Shown: positions 57,439-64,000 of the stretch, in pieces
How the letters are laid out: each line of letters starts with the position of its first letter
Numbering within the stretch: the stretch's first letter is position 1
Source: the human T2T-CHM13v2.0 reference genome, Homo sapiens
Assembly (NCBI RefSeq): GCF_009914755.1
Contig: NC_060925.1
Length of the DNA: 64,000 bases
Strand: one strand, 5' to 3'
The notes under the pieces: model-generated
Database searches by the model: none
Seen by the model: only the letters and a program-made list of their open reading frames with translations
What the model was told of the DNA's origin: nothing
Made by a program: the position numbers and the translations under genes

Positions 57439-57725
57439 AACATAATCCTATCTGTAGAAAATAGGGAAATAGTTAAGGACATGGACTTTGGAGCCACACA
57501 GACATGGGTTTGACAGTCAGGACTACTGCTGGCAAGCTACGTGACTTGGGCAAGTTTTCTGATCTCTCTGTGTTTCTGAGTCCTGGTGTATAAAATGGGG
57601 ATTATACTCCCTCAGCCAGTAGGTTGGGAAAAAGTTAGAGTAAGATGATGTATTTGAAGTTCAGAACACAATGCTTAGCACCTAGTAGGAGTTTAAGAAA
57701 TAGTAGTGTTTCATACTTAATGAGT

Positions 57726-57935
57726 ATATATACATATGTACTCATATATATATATATATATATACTCATATATATACACACTCATATATATATACTCATA
57801 TGTATATACTCATATATATATACTCATATATATATACTTATATATATATATACTCATATATATATACTTATATATATATATACTCATATGTGTATATATA
57901 TATACTCATATATATACTCATATATATACTATACT
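57726..57935. repeat. AT-rich VNTR, (TA)n interspersed with CTCA/CTTA units
   Basis: Repeated TATATACTCATATA. Confidence 0.95.
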
Positions 57936-58359
57936 TATTATTTGGAAAATTCCTATTAACTTTTCAAGGCATTGTTCAACTTTCAACTATCATCGAATAT
58001 TAACCCAGGCTATTTTCTCTGTCCTTCCTATTGTACTTTGCACATTCCAATATTACAACCCTTATTACACCTGGTCATATTTCTTTATTTGCATGTCTTT
58101 CTCCACAAATAGACTATGAATGGCTCCAGACAAGAAACTGTATGCTTGATTCTGGACTTGGCATATAGGAACATCTCAATGAACATTTCTGGGATAGATG
58201 GATGGATAGAGGGATAGATAAAGGATAGTTGGAAAATATATAAATGACCTATCAGAATAAAACCTCCTGAGACCAGTAGTCAGCTAGAATAGATTTCTAG
58301 AGCAGGGATACTCAGCTGAATAAGATCTGGCACTTGAAGACATCAAGAAGGTTAGAGAT

Positions 58360-58660
58360 GGCTGGGCATGAAGGCGCACGCCTATAATCCCAGTACTCTG
58401 GGAGGCTGAGGCAGGAGGATCAATTGAGCCTAGAATTTTGAGGCTTTCGTGGGCAACAAAGGGATACCTCTGCAAAATTTAAAAATTCGTTAAAAACCTA
58501 GCCGGGTGTGCTGGTGTGCAGCTATGGTTCTAGCCACTCAGGAGGCTGAGGTAGGAGAATCACTTGGTCTGGGAAGTTGAGGATCATGCCACTGCATTCC
58601 AGTGTTCTGGGTGACAGTGCAAGACCCCATCTCAAACAACAACAACAAAACAAAAAAAAA
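58360..58660 (+). mobile_element. AluJ-like
   Basis: Perfect 14-bp TSD aagaaggttagaga (58345-58358 / 58668-58681). Confidence 0.92.
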
Positions 58661-58699
58661 ATAGAAGAAGAAGGTTAGAGAAAAAAAATCTAAGTCTAA

Positions 58700-59340
58700 A
58701 CTAATAGCTTCAGCAACGGCTTCCCCATCATCTCTCCTGCTGCTTGCCACACTGTTCTCCATACAACAGCCTGAAAGAGTTTTTAAAAGTAAAATCAAAT
58801 CCTATGTCTCACCTATTTAAAACCTTTCTATACCTTCCCATTCCACTCTAAACTGATCTCTAGCTCTCTCGGGCACTGCATGATCTGCTCATCCTTCCAA
58901 CGCATTTCCTCATCACTCTCCCTTTTACTCATAATGCCACAGCCAGATTGGCCTCCCTTCTATTCCATAAACAATCAAAACTTTCTTGCCTCTGGATCTT
59001 CACATTTATCATTCCCTTTTCATAAAATGGTGTTCCTCACCTTCTCATGATTGGCTGTCTGTTGGCATGAAGATCTCAGCTGAACTGTCACCGCCCTGAT
59101 GAGATGAGACATCCCTGACCATCCTCTCCCAAAAACAATCTGCTTCACTCATCACATCACACTGTTTCTCCCCTCCTAGCTGTTACCACAACCTGCAACT
59201 AACTTATCAGTTGTCTACTTTATTGTTTATCTGTACCTGCATAGGGACCTTAGGCTGTCTTGCTTCCTGCTACGTTCCAAAAAGCCTATAATCATGTCCA
59301 ATGTCATAGAGGGCCCCATACATATTTATTAAATAAATTA
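58700..59340 (+). mobile_element. L2 3' end
   Basis: CTCCATACAACAGCCTGAAAGAGTTTTTAAAA..TCTCAGCTGAACTGTCACC..ATATTTATTAAATAAATTAAT terminus. Confidence 0.75.
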
Positions 59341-60498
59341 ATCCAGGAAGGCAAAGCTGGATCAAACTACATCAGCACATCTGGAGAATTATAGCAGTCA
59401 GAGGAGGAAAACTGTGAGTTAGGATGGAATCCAGCAGAATGGTTCACTACCTAAGCCAATAGACCTGAAAAGTCTTCTATCATTCCTTGACTGGACACTT
59501 CCCTGCATGAAACCACGCCATAGTACAGGTCCACTTTTGCCCAGATCAACCCACAGAGCCAAGGGCTGGGTCAAAGGAACTTTAGCATGGAAAACACCAA
59601 AAGAGAATGCAGTCCCACAGCAGTCTCCCTGGTAATAACTTTTAAGGATTATTTGCTTAAGCCAAATATATGCATAGGATGTCCACCACCCACATATTTA
59701 GAAAAGGGAAAATGAAGTAAGGTCATACAACCTGCTTGCCTATAACTGCAATTCAGAACCCAGAATTCAGGAGAAGTGAACACCCAAACTTTCAAATCAG
59801 CAGTCCCTTTTAAAAAAAAAAGTTCATAAAGTGTGTGACTCAAAGAAGACCCTTTGATTCTTCTCAGAGCAAAAGATCTTAAAGGGCAAATCAGAAAAGA
59901 CTGAAACAGCCAGTGGATTATAAAATTTTGCACATCCTATATATATCCATGAAATAACTGTGGAAGTTGGCACTGTGGACAGAAGAGCTATACTTATAAA
60001 ATATGCCCCAACACAAATCATACTATCTATTAAATAGTGCAGCATAGAGAAATCAGAAGAAAAGAAAAAAAGCAGATGTTGCTAGAATACTTGGAAGAGC
60101 ATCGGATACTTTGGAGAATCATGGTCATTGAAAAGGGGCTCAGAAGGCTAAATTAGATGTAATTGTTAATGGGTTGATAAAAAGAAAAGGGAAATTGACC
60201 ATGATCCCAGTGTTAGGCCTTAACTTTTTACTCAGATGTCAAATTGGCTGCTGCATTGGTGGGCTGATAATTTGAGGTCAAGGAGAGGTCTTTAATCTGG
60301 CAGCCAGGATGGAGTGCTTGTGCTGAAAGTTTAGGGACATACTAAGAAAGCACATATCTAGGGATGACTGTCTGGATGACACAGCAAGTCACAGTTGCAT
60401 TATGGGACAGGAGACCTAGATGACCATGGGCCTTGTAGATGACCTTCAACACCCTGATTTGCATAGCAACATGTGACTTGTAAAAAATGGAAGCTTCA

Positions 60499-60858
60499 TG
60501 ATTTAGTCTGTTTGTGCTAGTATAACAAAATATATGAGATCAGATCATTTATAAACAACAGAAACTTATATCTCACATTCTGGAGGCTGGTAAGTCTGGT
60601 AAAAGCCCAGAGTCTCCTTCCAAGATGGCTTCTTGTTGCTGCATCCTCTGCAGGAGATGGATACTGTGTCCTCACATGGCAGAGGAATGGAAGGGGCCAC
60701 CTAGTTCCCTCAAGCCCTTTTATAAGGTCACTAATCCCATTCATGAGGGCCTTGTCCTCGTATGTTAATCACTTCCTAATGACCCCAGCTGTAAATACTA
60801 TCACATTGGCAATTAAGTTTCAACATATGAATTTGGAGGTAACACCTTCAGACCATAC
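60499..60858 (-). mobile_element. MaLR solo LTR (MST/MLT1A-like)
   Basis: TTTATAAACAACAGAAACTTATATCTCACATTCTGGAGGCTGG..ACTAATCCCATTCATGAGGGC..TTTCAACATATGAATTTGG. Confidence 0.8.
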
Positions 60859-62269
60859 AATTTCATGAGATCAAGAAAGAATATGGGACAAGGGTGATTT
60901 TGGTGTAGGCTAACTCCTGCACTGCTGCAATGGACTTTGGGAATATCTCTTACTTTGAGTCACACTGCCAAGGCCAGAGACAAGACAGAACAGAGGAGCA
61001 AAAGAAAGCCTAAAATATTCATTCTCATGACCTAGGATGTTACAGGATTTTATGACCCATTGGCTAATGTTATTCTGTGCAATGCACTGACCTCCAAGAA
61101 AAGTAGCAGAAAGAGAGTTTTCAGATAAGAGACTTAGGGACCCTGGAAACAAAGTAATATTGACTACTCCAGTTCTTCCACAGTAAATGAGAAAGGAGAA
61201 ACCTTTATTTTGGTCACATTGGATAGTTTTAGTGGATAGATGGAGGCTTTCTCAATAAAGTACTAAAGAGCTAAACTAATGGCAGAGATTAAAGTCTAAG
61301 AAATCTTCTCTTACCCAGGGGTCCCCAAGTTTGCCTCAGACCGTGGGCAAACTCATGTAAGAGCTGACTCACTAGCATATGACCAAACCTAATCAGACTT
61401 TGCTCTCCTCTGGCTTGTTCCCCTGCACTCATACCCTTGTCCTCCATCAGAAATCAGCCACAGAGACAGTGGGACTTGGCGCCCTTTCTAAAACTTTACT
61501 CTCTGGAATTTCACTTCTATATCATAGAACTCTTTGTCAGATACCACTTTCTCAGCCTCGTTCCATTTGTGTTAAGTTTATAACTACAGTCTCATGATTC
61601 TCCTCACATCAGAAAAAGATAAGAACATCTCAGTACTAAATTTTTTTTGTGGTTAAGTAAACAAATAAAGCCTTGAAGATAAAACTTGAAATTATAGAAA
61701 ACATAAGTAGGATAACATCCACCCCTCCAAACACCCAATCACAGTCTCGTAAATCATTTTTTTTTTCATGCTTTCATGTTGGCTAGTGATCATGTTGCAA
61801 AATTTCCCAAAGTTTCTTTTATTACAGGTACTTCAAGCAGGCATAATTGTCTGCTTAAGGTCATCTCTTCAACCCTGAAATCATCAGCTGAGGACTTGTG
61901 GGAGACATTACAGATAGGTTTGGGGTAAGAGTGAAACAAATCACATGAGCATATGGTATTAAAGCAATGTGGTATATAGATAATTATGTTAGCTTACTTT
62001 ATAAGAGAATATAGTAGAAGTTCTCTGTATACATCTACCTGGTGATAGCTGTGCTCCTGGATACAAGTGTGTAATTTTTTAAGTTTGTCTGGGCTCAGAG
62101 GGCTAGATCCAAAATTATAAGGGAAATGAGCCAGAATGTTATCAAGATAATGCCAAAAGGCTGTTCTCTACTGCTCAGAAACATGGAAAAAGGAATACCC
62201 ACAGTAAACTGAAGAGATGCATATGAAATCTCAGAAGCAATCTCTTAACTCCTAAAAATGTCTTACATT

Positions 62270-62556
62270 TGGAATGCAATCTGATTTAAGATGGCAAAAC
62301 ACCTGAACAGACACCTAACAAAAGAATATATATTGATTACAAAAAAGCATATGAAAAGATATTCAACACCATATGTTATTAGAGAATTGCAAACTAAAAC
62401 AAAAATGAGATAACACTGCACACCCATTAGAATGGCAAAATCCGCAACACTGTCAACACCAAATGCTAGCAAGAATGTGGAGCATCAAGAATGCTCATCC
62501 ATTGCTAGTGGGATGCAAAATGGTACAGACACTTTGTAAGGCAGTTTGGCAGTTTC
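62270..62556 (+). mobile_element. Old L1M ORF2 fragment
   Basis: GGCAAAACACCTGAACAGACAC..AAGCATATGAAAAGAT..ATGAGATAACACTGCACACCCATTAGAATGGC. Confidence 0.8.
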
Positions 62557-62592
<36 letters not shown>

Positions 62593-64000
62593 TTTAAGTT
62601 TTAGGGTACATGTGCACAATGTGCAGGTTTGTTACATATGTACACATGTGCCATGTTGGTGTGCTGCACCCACTAACTCAGCATTTAGCATTAGGTATAT
62701 CTCCTAATGCTATCCCTCCCGCCTCCCCCCACCTCACTACAGGCCCTGGTGTGTGATGTTCCCTTTCCTGTGTCCATGTGTTCTCATTGTTCAATTCTCA
62801 CCTATGAGTGAGAACATGAGGTGTTTGGTTTTTTGTCCTTGTGATAGTTTGCTGAGAATGATGGTTTCCAGTTTCATCCATGTCCCTACAAAGGACATGA
62901 ACTCATCGTTTTTTATGGCTGCATAGTATTTCATGTTATATATGTACCACATTTTCTTAATCCAGTCTATCATTGTTGGACATTTGTGTTGGTTCCAAGT
63001 CTTTGCTATTGTGAATAGTGCCACAATAAACATACGTGTGCATGTGTCTTTATAGCAGCATGATTTATAATCCTTTGGGTATATACCCAGTAATGGGACA
63101 GCTGGGTCAAATGGTATTGCTAGTTCTAGATCCCTGAGGAATTGCCACACCGACTTCCACAATGGTTGAACTAGTTTACAGTCCCACCAATAGTGTAAAT
63201 GTGTTCCTATTTCTCCACATCCTCTCCAGCACCTGTTGTTTCCTGACTTTTTAATGATCGCCATTCTAACTGGTGTGAGATGGTATCTCATTGTGGTTTT
63301 GATTTGCATTTCTCTGGTGGCCAGTGATGATGAGCATTTTTTCATGTGTTTTTTGGCTGCATAAATGTCTTCTTTTGAGAAGTGTCTGTTCATATCCTTT
63401 GCCCACTTTTTGATGGGATTTTTTTTTCTTGTAAATTTGTTTGAGTTCATTGTAGATTCTGGATATTAGCCCTCTGTCAGATGAGTAGGTTGCAAAAATT
63501 TTCTCCCATTTTGTAGGTTGCCTGTTCACGCTGATGGTGGTTTCTTTTGCTGTGCAGAAGCTCTTTAGTTTAATTAGATCCCATTTGTCAATTTTGGCTT
63601 TTGTTGCCATTGCTTTTGGTGTTTTAGACATGAAGTCCTTGCCCATGCCTATGTCCTGAATGGTATTGCCTAGATTTTCTTCTAGGGTTTTTATGGTTTT
63701 AGGTCTAACATGTAAGTCTTTAATCCATCTTGAATTAATTTTTGTATAAGGTGTAAGGAAGGGATCCAGTTTCAGCTTTCTACACATGGCTAGCCGGTTT
63801 TCCCAGCACCATTTATTAAATAGGGAATTTCTTCTTTTTGTCAGTTTGTCAAAGATCAGATAGTTGTAGATATGCAGCATTATTTCTGAGGGCTCTGTTC
63901 TGTTCCATTGATCTATATCTCTGTTTTGGTAACAGTACCATGCTGTTTTGATTACTGTAGCCTTGTAGTATAGTTTGAAGTCAGGTAGCATGATGCATCC
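62557..64000 (-). mobile_element. L1PA (primate LINE-1) 3' end, continues beyond the window; frameshifted ORF2
   Basis: (TTA)n tail and L1PA 3' UTR. ORFs 63266..63991 and 62791..63450 are consecutive ORF2 segments ([11 protein letters not shown]; [20 protein letters not shown]) offset at the T-run near 63420. Confidence 0.96.

Noticed and set aside
57645-58119. Tyr/Ile-rich ORFs
   Set aside because: Translation of the (TA)n VNTR.
62791-63991. 219-aa and 241-aa ORFs
   Set aside because: These are frameshifted L1 ORF2 fragments, not host genes.

Overview
Primate (most likely human) genomic DNA. It contains one complete protein-coding gene on the + strand, HAO2 (peroxisomal long-chain L-2-hydroxy acid oxidase). 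I assembled 7 coding exons by hand (44285-57040; 1056 nt, 351 aa, C-terminal PTS1 SRL). There is also a likely non-coding first exon near 31960-32101 and an optional L2-like exon (43703-43922) that uses a GC donor and adds MEDKMWSECEGPE. The upstream ~31 kb is mostly repeats: a MER4-group provirus, LTR8A, MER57, LTR10C, THE1, Alu, L1 and DNA-transposon relics. Almost all ORF-track entries outside the HAO2 exons and L1 ORF2 are noise. The most unusual signal is a set of local templated-copy scars: (1) a 41-bp near-perfect inverted repeat plus a tangle of micro-repeats at the putative HAO2 promoter; (2) a 70-bp inverted copy of a half-MADE1 with its flanks inside a THE1A LTR; (3) a 176-bp copy of nearby DNA inside an Alu; (4) a multi-switch inverted duplication in intron 5. 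I found no evidence for a novel coding system. Repeat subfamily names come from remembered consensus sequences and need RepeatMasker/Dfam confirmation.
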